Positions 49,413-60,066 of a DNA stretch of 64,000 nucleotides are shown piece by piece; positions within the stretch are counted from its first letter, which is position 1, and each line of letters starts with the position of its first letter. Below the pieces are notes generated by a model. It saw only the letters and a program-made list of their open reading frames with translations, had not been told where the DNA came from and ran no database searches. Origin of the DNA: Nitrospirota bacterium (GTDB lineage Bacteria; Nitrospirota; UBA9217); contig CAWIYV010000014.1 in assembly GCA_963840455.1 (NCBI GenBank), forward strand, positions 533,469-597,468, read 5' to 3'. The position numbers and the translations under genes are program-made.

Positions 49413-50762
49413 CTAAACAGCTTTCCTGACCTTGAGCCTCAATCCATCTACTGCGACGACCGTGACCTTTTCCCCCTTTGCGATGTGCTCGTCGCTCTGT
49501 GCGTTCCAGTACTCGCCCCGCAGGAACACCTGTCCATCTTCTCCGATTTCGGTCTTTGCTTCGGCATGCATGCCGATGAGCCCTTCCTTGCCGGTGTCGA
49601 CCCTTCCCCGGTGGGCGCGTACTGCCACGGTCACGGTCACGATGAACAGGAGTGACGAGGCCGCCACCACGGGGAGGATGACCGCCCAGGATATTTGGAG
49701 CGACGGCTCCGGGGAGTCGATCAGCATGAGTGAGCCGAACAGCATGGCGACGGCCCCGCCCACGCCCAGGACGCCGTGGCTCGTGATGAAGGCCTCGGCG
49801 ATGAACAGCCCGATGGCGAGGATGATGAGCATGAGCCCCGCGTAATTGATCGGCAGGGTCTGGAGGGCGTAGAAGGCAAGGATGAGGCAGATGGCACCCG
49901 CAACGCCCGGAAAGATCGCGCCGGGGTTCGACAGCTCGAAGTACAGCCCGTAAAAGCCAAGGATCATGAGTATGTAGGCGATGTTCGGGTTGCTGATGAT
50001 GCCCAGAAGTTTGTACCGGAATCCCATGGCGTGTTCCTTGACCACGGCGTCGGCGGTGTTGAGAGTCCGTTTGCCCAAGGCCACGTCCACGGTCCGGCCA
50101 TTGATCTTCTTCAGCAGCGTGGTGATGTCCGGGGCTACCAGGTCGATCACACCGAGCTTCAGCGCCTCGGTCTCGGTGGCGGAGATGCTCTTCCGCACGG
50201 CGTCCTCCGCCCATGTCGCGTTCCTGCCCCGTTTTTCCGCGATACCCCGGATCATGGCAGCAAGGTCGTTGGTGACCTTCTTGGCCATGGTCTCGTCCAT
50301 TTTCCCTTCCATCTGGACCGGAGAGGCCGATCCCATGCGGGTGTTCGGCGCCATGGCCGCGATGTTCGCGGTCAGGGTGATGAAGACCCCGGCCGACGCC
50401 GCGCGCGAGCCGTCAGGGGCAACATAGACCACCGTCGGCACTTCCGAGGCGAGCATCTTCTTGACGATCTCCCGGGTCGATTCCACGAGACCGCCGGGCG
50501 TGTCCATCTCGATGATCAGTGCTTCTGCATTTTGCTTTGCTGCCTTGTCGATGGACTTGATGATGAATTCAGCGATCATGGGAGTGATGGGGGCGTCGAT
50601 CTTGATCAGCAATACGGTGCGTGCGGGCGGGGCCGGCGCGGTGGCGGTGGGTGTGGAAACTTCAGTCTTCGGCTGGTCCGCGGACAGGGCAAGTCCGGTC
50701 AGCCCCGAAAGAATGGAGAGAAGGGAAAGGCAGATCGTCAGCAAGGCAATGGTCCTTCGCAT
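49413..50762 (-). CDS. NfeD family membrane-bound serine protease
   Basis: DTPGG, RAASAG, KKVTND, TM bundle, C-terminal GEYWNA OB domain. Confidence 0.92.
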   Translation of the reverse strand: MRRTIALLTICLSLLSILSGLTGLALSADQPKTEVSTPTATAPAPPARTVLLIKIDAPITPMIAEFIIKSIDKAAKQNAEALIIEMDTPGGLVESTREIVKKMLASEVPTVVYVAPDGSRAASAGVFITLTANIAAMAPNTRMGSASPVQMEGKMDETMAKKVTNDLAAMIRGIAEKRGRNATWAEDAVRKSISATETEALKLGVIDLVAPDITTLLKKINGRTVDVALGKRTLNTADAVVKEHAMGFRYKLLGIISNPNIAYILMILGFYGLYFELSNPGAIFPGVAGAICLILAFYALQTLPINYAGLMLIILAIGLFIAEAFITSHGVLGVGGAVAMLFGSLMLIDSPEPSLQISWAVILPVVAASSLLFIVTVTVAVRAHRGRVDTGKEGLIGMHAEAKTEIGEDGQVFLRGEYWNAQSDEHIAKGEKVTVVAVDGLRLKVRKAV

Positions 50763-50902
50763 GGGTAATGGGTACTCCCGCAGTCGATGAGATGAAGAAG
50801 GCGTGCAGGCGTGATGGAAAAAGTATATCCGCAATGATCCCTGCTGTCAAGAATGCCTTGACTTGAATGGGGTTTTTCGGTAGCATCGAAAAACAGTACA
50901 CC

Positions 50903-51448
50903 ATGCGCATCACGGGAGGCATAGGCCGGGGGCGAAAGCTCAAGGTTCCGGCAGGGTCAAAGGTCAGGCCCACGTCGGACAAGGTGAAGCAGGCCCTGTT
51001 CAACATCCTCGGCGAGCGGGTCCCGGGGTCGGTCTTCCTTGACCTCTTTGCCGGCGCAGGGGGCATTGGGCTTGAGGCCCTGAGTCGGGGCGCAGAACGC
51101 GTGGTCTTCGTGGACGGATCCCGCGAGTCACTGGATGTTGTTAAGCGGAACATCGACCAGGCGGGTTTCGGCATGCACGCTGAAGCTGTGCTGTCCAAGG
51201 TGGAGCCCTTTCTCAAGAAGCGCTCCGGTCCCTACGACATCGTCTTCCTCGATCCGCCGTATACCATGGAGATGCTGCCGTTGCTTCAGCTGGTCTCCGG
51301 ATCCGGTCTGCTGAAACCCGGGGGCATTGTCATAGCCGAACATTTCAAGAAGCAAGCGTCACCCGAGACAGCAGGGACGTTAGCATTGTACCGCGAGGCG
51401 AAATACGGTGATACGGTGCTGGCATTCTATGCGATGAACAGAGGGTAA
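50903..51448 (+). CDS. rsmD: 16S rRNA m2G966 methyltransferase
   Basis: MRIT.G, RPT.DKVK.ALFN, DLFAG, EALSRGA, DPPY. Confidence 0.92.
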   Translation: MRITGGIGRGRKLKVPAGSKVRPTSDKVKQALFNILGERVPGSVFLDLFAGAGGIGLEALSRGAERVVFVDGSRESLDVVKRNIDQAGFGMHAEAVLSKVEPFLKKRSGPYDIVFLDPPYTMEMLPLLQLVSGSGLLKPGGIVIAEHFKKQASPETAGTLALYREAKYGDTVLAFYAMNRG

Positions 51449-51470
51449 CAGGGGGTCAGGAGGAGAGACC

Positions 51471-51965
51471 ATGAAACGCATCGCAGTCTATCCCGGCACC
51501 TTCGACCCGGTAACGAACGGTCATGTGGACCTTGTGGAGCGCAGTCTTCGCCTGTTCGACAAGGTGATCGTGGCGATCGCCGCCAATCCGAAGAAGGAGC
51601 CGCTCTTTTCCCTCCAGGAGCGCATCGACATGTTCCGGAAGGCGATCGGAAGGCGCGGCAACGTCATGATCGAAGGTTTCGACTGCCTGCTGGTAGACTA
51701 CATGAAGGAGAAGAAGGCGGTGGGGCTGATCCGGGGCCTGCGCGCCGTGTCGGACTTCGAGTACGAGATGCAGATGGCGCTCATGAACCGGCGGCTCGAC
51801 GAGGACATCGAAACGGTCTTCCTCATGCCGAGCGAGGAGTACTCCTTCATCACGTCAACGATCGTGAAAGAGGCGGCGAGCTACGGCGGGGATGTGTCTA
51901 GCCTGGTTCCGAGGATCGTTGTGCAGAAGCTGCGGAAGAAGTTCGGGTCCCGGCAGCACTGCTGA
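51471..51965 (+). CDS. coaD: Pantetheine-phosphate adenylyltransferase
   Basis: YPGTFDPVTNGH, RGLRAVSDFEYE. Confidence 0.97.
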   Translation: MKRIAVYPGTFDPVTNGHVDLVERSLRLFDKVIVAIAANPKKEPLFSLQERIDMFRKAIGRRGNVMIEGFDCLLVDYMKEKKAVGLIRGLRAVSDFEYEMQMALMNRRLDEDIETVFLMPSEEYSFITSTIVKEAASYGGDVSSLVPRIVVQKLRKKFGSRQHC

Positions 51966-52076
51966 GGCTCCCTGCGGCACGCTGCGGGGCATCTTCGATC
52001 CTCACGGTCGTTTCGTCATCAGAGTCGCGCGCTGATCCCGCAGCGAGTTGCAAGGAATGCGCTCGTTCCCGGATCT
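51963..52076 (+). repeat. Double-hairpin miniature element, diverged copy D
   Basis: GCTCCCTGCGGCACGCTGCGGGGCATCTTCGATCCTCA...CCCGCAGCGAGTTGCAAGGAATGCGCTCGTTCCCGGAT. Confidence 0.75.
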
Positions 52077-52902
52077 ACGGTTTCCCCGGCTTCATCCTCT
52101 GACGCATCGCCTCGTACAACACCACTGCCGCCGATGTCGCCACATTCAGCGAGTCGATCGTTGCGGCCATCGGGATGCGGATGCGGCGGTCAAAATCCGC
52201 CAGTTCCTCTGCCATCAATCCTGAGCTCTCCTGGCCCAGCATAATGACCGAAGGCGCGGTGAGGTCCAGCTCGAAGGGTGTCTCCCTGCCGTTCAGCACC
52301 AGCGCAACCGTCTGGAATCCCCGCTCCTTGCAGGACCTGACGAACGCGTGCTCGCTCTGCACTTTTACCACCGGGACCCGCAGGATGCTTCCCATGGAGC
52401 CGCGAACGGCCTTTCCATTGTACGCGTCGACCGTGTGCGGCGTGACCGCAACGCCTGACGCGTTGACCGCTTCCGCGGTCCTGATGATCGTCCCGAGGTT
52501 CCCCGGGTCCTGGAGCTGGTGGCACAGGACGATCAGCTTTGAGCCATGGGCCAGGAGCTCTTCTTCTGAGTGTTCCCGCATCTCCACGACCGCCATCACC
52601 GGCTGGGGGGTCTTGCTTTCGGCGACGTGGTCCATCATCCGCTCCGATATCCAGAGGACGTTGACGCCCTGCCGCTCGGCCAGCTTCAGGACGCCTTTTC
52701 CGTGGTGCTGGGTGAGGGAGGGGGCTGCGATGACCTGCTTCACACCCAGTTTGTCCCGCAGGGCCTCCTCGACCATCTTGACCCCTTCGATCAGGAAGGC
52801 TTTCTCCTTCTTTCGGGCCCTGGGATCGGCAAGGGAGGCAAGGAACCTGACGGTCTTGTTCTCTTTGCTCGTGACCGGGCTATGGGGAGACGTGCGTTCC
52901 AT
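52075..52902 (-). CDS. TrmH/SpoU family RNA methyltransferase
   Basis: QDPGNLGTIIRTA, GQESSG, IPM...DSLNVA. Confidence 0.92.
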   Translation of the reverse strand: MERTSPHSPVTSKENKTVRFLASLADPRARKKEKAFLIEGVKMVEEALRDKLGVKQVIAAPSLTQHHGKGVLKLAERQGVNVLWISERMMDHVAESKTPQPVMAVVEMREHSEEELLAHGSKLIVLCHQLQDPGNLGTIIRTAEAVNASGVAVTPHTVDAYNGKAVRGSMGSILRVPVVKVQSEHAFVRSCKERGFQTVALVLNGRETPFELDLTAPSVIMLGQESSGLMAEELADFDRRIRIPMAATIDSLNVATSAAVVLYEAMRQRMKPGKP

Positions 52903-52961
52903 GGAGGGAGTATAACATAGGGCGAACATGCGGGAAACGGCTATTTCAGGGGATTATTTTG

Positions 52962-52989
52962 TTGACATTTTTCGCGTATACGATATACT
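52962..52989 (+). promoter_or_regulatory. Putative sigma70 promoter of argS
   Basis: TTGACA-16 bp-TATACT. Confidence 0.55.
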
Positions 52990-53026
52990 GACGAGCCTGT
53001 AACCTGCAGAGAATATACGGAAATCA

Positions 53027-54787
53027 ATGAAACAGACAATCACGGAGATCCTGCTCGAAGCCCTGCAACGGGCAAAAGAGAAAGGTGAACTCAAGCTCGA
53101 TACCCAGCCGGTCATCACCCTCGAGACCCCGAAGGAAAAGAATCACGGCGACATATCATCGACATTTGCCCTCTCGATGTCGAAACTTGAGGGAAAATCG
53201 CCGCGCAAGATTGCTGAGACCATTCTCGCGAACATCCAGGACGAGGAAGGCATCATCGCGAAGACCGAGATCGCCGGCCCGGGATTCATCAACTTCTTTC
53301 TGAAGCAGGACCGCTGGAGCAAGACGCTCTTTGATATCGATGACCAGGCGCACGAGTACGGCCTGAAGGACATCGGCAAGGGCGAGAAGGTCCAAGTCGA
53401 GTTCGTGAGCGCGAACCCCACGGGACCGCTTCACGTGGGCCACGGCAGGGGAGCCGCGGTCGGTGACGCATTGGCGAATCTTCTCTCAGCCGTCGGATAT
53501 GATGTCCAGCGCGAATTCTATATCAACGACGCCGGGCGGCAGATTAAGCTTTTAAAGGAGTCAGTTAAGGCACGTCTTGCGGAACGACATGGACAAAAAG
53601 TAGCTTTTCCAGAGGATGGATACCACGGAGAGTACATTAAAGAAATAGCAGAGAGTCTAGATCAAAGTGCTCCTGCAACATCCGTGACTACAGTATCAAC
53701 GCCGGTTGGAAAAGGTTTGACTCACAGTATCAATGCATCCAATGATGCGGAGGGTGCAGCGGACGCATCGGTAGTTGTCAGCTTGCCATTTAGTGACGAG
53801 CATATTTCTGAATTCAGCAAAGAGAAAATGATAGCTGAAATTCAGAAAGACCTTGAAGATTTCGGCGTCCGGTTCGACGTCTGGTTTAGCGAGAAAAGCC
53901 TGCTCGCCGATGGATCGGTAAAGAAGTCCATAGAAGAACTGAAGGAACGCGGCTATGCGTATGAGAAGGACGGCGCTCTCTGGCTCAAATCCACAGCATT
54001 CGGTGACGACAAGGACCGGGTGATCATCAAGCAGGACGGCGAGTACACCTATCTTGCATCGGACATCGCCTATCACCGGAACAAGCTCGCCCGCGGCTTC
54101 ACGCAGCTCGTGAACATCTGGGGCGCGGACCATCACGGCTACATCCCGCGGGTGCAGGCAGTGATCCAGGCCTTCGGACATCGATCGGATTCGCTGCATG
54201 TGCTGCTGGTCCAGCTCGTCTCGATTCTACGGCACGGCCAGCCGGTGCCCATGTCCAAGCGGGCGGGGACCTTCGTGACACTCCGGGACGTGGTGCAGGA
54301 CGTGGGCGCAGACGCGGCGCGGTACATTTTCCTGACGCGCAGGTCCGACAGCCATCTCGATTTCGATCTCGACATCGCGAAGGAACAGTCCCGGGAGAAC
54401 CCGGTCTACTACGTCCAGTATGCCCACGCGAGGATCGCGAGCGTGTTCCGCGAGGCGGAGGCGAGGAAGATCCCGGTCCCGACGCGGGACACGGTGGACC
54501 TTGCGCTCCTCGACCTCGAGGAAGAGCAGAACATCATCAAGGCCCTTGCCAAGTATCCCGAGGTGGTCGAGGAAGCGGCGCTGACCTACGAACCGCACCG
54601 GCTGACTTTCTACCTCCAGGACCTGGCGGGCCTGCTGCACAATTACTACTTCAAGCACCGCATCATCACGGACGACGCTGCGCTTGCCGCGGTCATGGGC
54701 AGCCGGCTGTTCCTGATGAAGCAGGTGAAGACGGTGATCCAGAGCGCGCTGAAGATCCTAGGAGTTACGGCACCGGAAAGAATGTAG
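53027..54787 (+). CDS. argS: Arginine--tRNA ligase
   Basis: GPGFINF, SANPTGPLHVGHGR, GADHHGY, MSKRAG, YVQYAHAR, APERM end. Confidence 0.97.
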   Translation: MKQTITEILLEALQRAKEKGELKLDTQPVITLETPKEKNHGDISSTFALSMSKLEGKSPRKIAETILANIQDEEGIIAKTEIAGPGFINFFLKQDRWSKTLFDIDDQAHEYGLKDIGKGEKVQVEFVSANPTGPLHVGHGRGAAVGDALANLLSAVGYDVQREFYINDAGRQIKLLKESVKARLAERHGQKVAFPEDGYHGEYIKEIAESLDQSAPATSVTTVSTPVGKGLTHSINASNDAEGAADASVVVSLPFSDEHISEFSKEKMIAEIQKDLEDFGVRFDVWFSEKSLLADGSVKKSIEELKERGYAYEKDGALWLKSTAFGDDKDRVIIKQDGEYTYLASDIAYHRNKLARGFTQLVNIWGADHHGYIPRVQAVIQAFGHRSDSLHVLLVQLVSILRHGQPVPMSKRAGTFVTLRDVVQDVGADAARYIFLTRRSDSHLDFDLDIAKEQSRENPVYYVQYAHARIASVFREAEARKIPVPTRDTVDLALLDLEEEQNIIKALAKYPEVVEEAALTYEPHRLTFYLQDLAGLLHNYYFKHRIITDDAALAAVMGSRLFLMKQVKTVIQSALKILGVTAPERM

Positions 54788-54791
54788 TTCA

Positions 54792-56007
<1,216 letters not shown>

Positions 56008-56111
56008 TCACGATTCAACATTGAAAATTCATTGTTCAAGATGAGTCCGGGAAGGGTTTTTTACCAAATAGTGAGCCTGGAATTTTGAATAATCCTTAAG
56101 GAGGTTCTACC

Positions 56112-56447
56112 ATGTTCGTTTCGATAGCACACGCAATGGGCGCCCCGGGCGGCGCCGCGGGTCAGGGCGGGGGCGGCTTCAGCGGTCTCTTCATGATGCT
56201 GATCATCTTCGGCATCTTCTACTTCATTCTGATCCGGCCCCAGCAGAAGAAGATGAAGGAGCACAAGAAGATGGTGGAACAGCTCAAGAAAGGCGATAAG
56301 GTCATCGTCTCCGGCGGCGTCTATGGCACGGTCGTGGGCGTCGGTACGGAGACCCTGAAGGTGGAGATCGCCGACGGGGTCAAGGTGAAGATCGCGCGCA
56401 GTTCCGTGGGCACGGTCCTGACCGAGGAAGAAGCAAGCAAAGAGTAA
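56112..56447 (+). CDS. yajC: Preprotein translocase subunit YajC
   Basis: FYFILIRPQQKK, L.KGDKV...GG. Confidence 0.95.
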   Translation: MFVSIAHAMGAPGGAAGQGGGGFSGLFMMLIIFGIFYFILIRPQQKKMKEHKKMVEQLKKGDKVIVSGGVYGTVVGVGTETLKVEIADGVKVKIARSSVGTVLTEEEASKE

Positions 56448-56554
56448 GAGAATCATTCAAGATTCAATATTCAAGATTCAAGACGGTGCAGGGCGGCCGC
56501 CTAGTATTGAATATCGAATATTCCCTTTTGAATTAGTTTCTAGGAGGACGTTCC

Positions 56555-58126
56555 ATGAAAACAAGCATCCAATGGAGACTGGGTCTCATTCTCCTGTCGG
56601 TGGTGATCGCGCTGGTCCTGTTCTTGCCGTCCACCCCGGTAGGGGACAAGCTGCCTGACTGGTGGCGCCACAACGTCTCAAAGATAGCCCTCGGGCTCGA
56701 CCTCAGGGGCGGCAGCCATCTGGTGATGCAGGTGGAAACGGACAAGGCCGTCGAGGCTGCTGTTGACAACATCATTTCGGACCTGCAGACCACGGCGTCG
56801 TCGGAAGGGGTCTCGGTCCAGTTCAGCCGCACCGGCCAGGATATCACGGCGAAGTTCGCCGAGGCGCTCGAGGACAAGGTGGAGACCTTCGTGAAGAAGA
56901 CCTACGCCGTCCTGGTGCTGAAGGACCGGTCGAAGGGGCAGCTGGTGTACGGCCTCCAGCCGGCCCGTGCCAATGAGATGAAGGAGGACGCTGTCCGGCA
57001 GGCGAAGGAACGGACCGAGCGGAGGATCAACAAGTTCGGCGTCGCCGAGCCCAACGTGTACAAGCAGGGGATAGACCAGCTGGTGATCCAGCTTCCGGGC
57101 ATCAAGAACCCCCAGGAGGCCATTTCCTTCATGAAGACCGCCGGCCGGCTTGAGTTCAAGCTGGTAGACACCGAGTCCGATATGCAGAAAGCGCTGGCAG
57201 GCAAGGTCCCCGAAGGCCGCGAGATCCTGTACAGCGAGGGCGTGGGGGAAACCGGCAAAGTGACCCGTCAGCCATACCTCCTTTTCACGCAGACGCTCTT
57301 GACCGGCGACCGGCTCAAGGAGGCCAAGGTCAGCATCGACGAGTTTGGTAAGCCCGCAATCAGCATCACCTTTGACGGCGACGGCGCGCGGGTGTTCGAA
57401 CGGATCACCGGCGAGAACGTTGGCAAGCAGCTGGCCATCGTCCTCGACGGCGTCGTCCATTCTGCGCCGCGCATCAAGGACCGTATTTCCGGGGGCAGCG
57501 CCCAGATCACGGGCAACTTCACGCATGATGAAGCGGCGAAACTCGCCATCGTTCTCCGGGAGTCGCTGCCGGCGCCGATGAAGATCGTCCAGAACGTGAC
57601 CATCGGCCCGTCCCTGGGCCAGGATTCCATCAACAAGGGTGTCCGGGCCGCCCTCATCGGCGGGCTTATTGTGGTCGTGTTCATGGTGGTCTACTATGGG
57701 CTCTCGGGTCTCATCGCGGACTATGCCATCATTCTGAACATGGTCCTGCTTCTCGGGGCCATGGCGTTCCTGAACGCCACGCTCACGCTACCGGGCATCG
57801 CGGGCATCATCCTCACCATCGGCATGGGCGTGGACTCGAACGTCCTGATGTTCGAGCGCATCCGCGAGGAGATCCGGGCAGGCAAACCGCCCAGGCCCGC
57901 CATCGATTCGGGATACGACAAGGCGTTCATGACCATCCTGGATTCTCACGTGACCACGCTGATCACCGCAGCCATGCTGTTCATGTTCGGCACCGGCCCC
58001 ATCAAGGGATTCGCGGTCTCGCTCAGTCTCGGCATCATCATCAACCTGTACTCGGCGCTGGTCGGTACCAAGGTCATCTTCGACATCATCAACGCCAAGT
58101 GGAAGCTGGAAAAACTGAGCATCTGA
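56555..58126 (+). CDS. secD: Protein translocase subunit SecD
   Basis: LGLDLRGG, GVAEP, IGPSLG, LTLPGIAG, VDSNV..FERIREE. Confidence 0.96.
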   Translation: MKTSIQWRLGLILLSVVIALVLFLPSTPVGDKLPDWWRHNVSKIALGLDLRGGSHLVMQVETDKAVEAAVDNIISDLQTTASSEGVSVQFSRTGQDITAKFAEALEDKVETFVKKTYAVLVLKDRSKGQLVYGLQPARANEMKEDAVRQAKERTERRINKFGVAEPNVYKQGIDQLVIQLPGIKNPQEAISFMKTAGRLEFKLVDTESDMQKALAGKVPEGREILYSEGVGETGKVTRQPYLLFTQTLLTGDRLKEAKVSIDEFGKPAISITFDGDGARVFERITGENVGKQLAIVLDGVVHSAPRIKDRISGGSAQITGNFTHDEAAKLAIVLRESLPAPMKIVQNVTIGPSLGQDSINKGVRAALIGGLIVVVFMVVYYGLSGLIADYAIILNMVLLLGAMAFLNATLTLPGIAGIILTIGMGVDSNVLMFERIREEIRAGKPPRPAIDSGYDKAFMTILDSHVTTLITAAMLFMFGTGPIKGFAVSLSLGIIINLYSALVGTKVIFDIINAKWKLEKLSI

Positions 58127-58267
58127 CAGGATACCTCTGTCCCAGAGTAACAGAGACACGGAGGACGTTATTCAGAACAGGTTTTTCTCCGCGCCCTCCG
58201 TGCCTCAGTGGTGAAAAAAGCTTTGATGGTTTTCTTTTAGAATTCTGATCGTACTTTGGAGGGTGCA

Positions 58268-59176
58268 ATGCTGCAGATTCTGCATAAGACCAATATCGAT
58301 TTCATGGGATGGAAGAACGTCTCGTTCGCTGTCTCGGCCGTCATGATCGCCCTGGGGCTTTTTGCCCTGGTGCAGGTCGGCAGGGGCAAGGCGAACCTGG
58401 GCATCGACTTCGTGGGCGGCACCACGGTGCAGCTCAGCTTCAAGGAAAAGCTACCCCTCGACGAGGCGCGCACGGCTCTCGAGAAGGCCGGGTTCGCAGG
58501 AGCGTCACTCCAGGAGTTCTCCGAGGGGAACAAGGTCCTGATCCGGCTCAGGGAGCACGAGGGTGTGGCCGAGAAGGTCGTTACCCTATTCAAGCAGGCC
58601 TTCCCGAACCGCGCCTTCGAGGTGGACAGCACCACCGAGATCGGGCCGACCATCGGGAGGGACCTTCAGAAGGACGCGCTCCTCGCGATCATTTTCTCGA
58701 TCCTCGCGATCATCATCTATATAGCGGTCCGGTTCGAGTTCAAATTCGGCGTGGCAGCGGCCGTTGCGACGGTGCATGACGTCTGCGCCGTGCTCGCGAT
58801 CTTCTTTATCCTGAACAAGGAGATCAACCTCCTGATCGTCACGGCGCTGCTTACGCTGGCCGGTTATTCGCTCACGGACACGGTCGTGGTCTTTGACCGG
58901 ATCCGCGAGAATCTCAAGCGCGCCAAACGGGAGCCGCTTGGGACGCTCGTGAACAACAGCATCAACGAGGTGCTGTCCCGGACCATCATCACGTCGCTCA
59001 CGGTCGTGCTCGTGCTGGTCCCCCTCGTGCTGTTCGGCGGCGAGGTGCTGCACGACTTCTCGATGGCCCTCCTGATCGGCGTCATCGTCGGGACCTATTC
59101 GTCCATCTTCGTGGCGAGCCCCCTCCTGGTGGTGTGGCATGTGCGGACCGGCGGAAGCCTGATCAAGAAGAAGTAG
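58268..59176 (+). CDS. secF: Protein translocase subunit SecF
   Basis: GIDFVGG, HDV, GYSL.DTVVVFDRIRE, GTYSSIF.A. Confidence 0.96.
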   Translation: MLQILHKTNIDFMGWKNVSFAVSAVMIALGLFALVQVGRGKANLGIDFVGGTTVQLSFKEKLPLDEARTALEKAGFAGASLQEFSEGNKVLIRLREHEGVAEKVVTLFKQAFPNRAFEVDSTTEIGPTIGRDLQKDALLAIIFSILAIIIYIAVRFEFKFGVAAAVATVHDVCAVLAIFFILNKEINLLIVTALLTLAGYSLTDTVVVFDRIRENLKRAKREPLGTLVNNSINEVLSRTIITSLTVVLVLVPLVLFGGEVLHDFSMALLIGVIVGTYSSIFVASPLLVVWHVRTGGSLIKKK

Positions 59177-59221
59177 GGTTTCTCGCCGCAGAGGACACTG
59201 AGGACGACGAATGCTTGCGAT

Positions 59222-59248
59222 ATCCCCTCCCGCACCGGGAGGGGATTG
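59222..59248 (+). terminator. Hairpin after secF
   Basis: ATCCCCTCCCG-CAC-CGGGAGGGGAT. Confidence 0.5.
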
Positions 59249-59261
59249 CTGTTTCGAGGAT

Positions 59262-59948
59262 ATGAAAAAACAGAAAATGAAAAGGACCATACGCATCGCC
59301 GGCAGTGACGCGGTAGCGCTCGAGCCGTCCGATCCCATCCAGCTCTCCTGCGGGACCGCGGGCTGCAGCTCGAACTGCTGTGCGAACGGGCCGCATATCA
59401 TCCTGAACCCGTACGAGATCGCGCTCATCTGCAGGGCAGCCGGAATGTCCTACGAGGACCTGCTCGACATTGTCGAAACGGACCGGGTGAACGGATTTCC
59501 GCTGGTCATGCTGCCCCGGGACCCGGCCTGTCATTTCTGGACCGAAACGGGTTGCCGCATCTACGAGGCCCGTCCGCTCGCCTGCAGGCTCTTCCCGCTC
59601 GGCAGGGTGTTCGAGAACGGCCATTCTTTTATTGTCCTGCCTGATCGCAACCGGTGCTCCGGTATCGCCCCGGCGCCGGCCCGAAGGCTCGTCGACTATC
59701 TCCGGGAACAGGACACGGAAACGCAGGTTCGCATGGCCGATGCCTGGATCGCATTCGTCACCGACATGGAGCGCCTGCACCTTCCCGACAAGCCCGTCAC
59801 GTCCGTCGCCTTCCATATGCTAGTGTACAGTCCTGATACGCCGCCGACGTCCGATACATCGCATTCCCCATCGACCCCCGAAGAACGCTTTCTCCTCCGC
59901 CTCGCCACAGCCCGCCAGAAACTTCCTCACTTTCTGAAAGCGCGTTAA
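59262..59948 (+). CDS. YkgJ family cysteine-cluster protein
   Basis: C....C...CC, CHF, CRIYEARPLACRLFPL. Confidence 0.85.
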   Translation: MKKQKMKRTIRIAGSDAVALEPSDPIQLSCGTAGCSSNCCANGPHIILNPYEIALICRAAGMSYEDLLDIVETDRVNGFPLVMLPRDPACHFWTETGCRIYEARPLACRLFPLGRVFENGHSFIVLPDRNRCSGIAPAPARRLVDYLREQDTETQVRMADAWIAFVTDMERLHLPDKPVTSVAFHMLVYSPDTPPTSDTSHSPSTPEERFLLRLATARQKLPHFLKAR

Positions 59949-60066
59949 GCGGGACCGCTCCCCCTGCTTTCCCTGTCCGGATAATATGCGCTTTTATCGG
60001 GAGTTGTCCTTGCACACCTCAAGAACTTCTATTGACATGCTGTCTGCACGGCTATAATATAGAAAC

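Noticed and set aside
53541-53860. Intein or intron in argS
   Set aside because: No C/S...HN-C/S/T splice motifs, too short, and the frame is continuous
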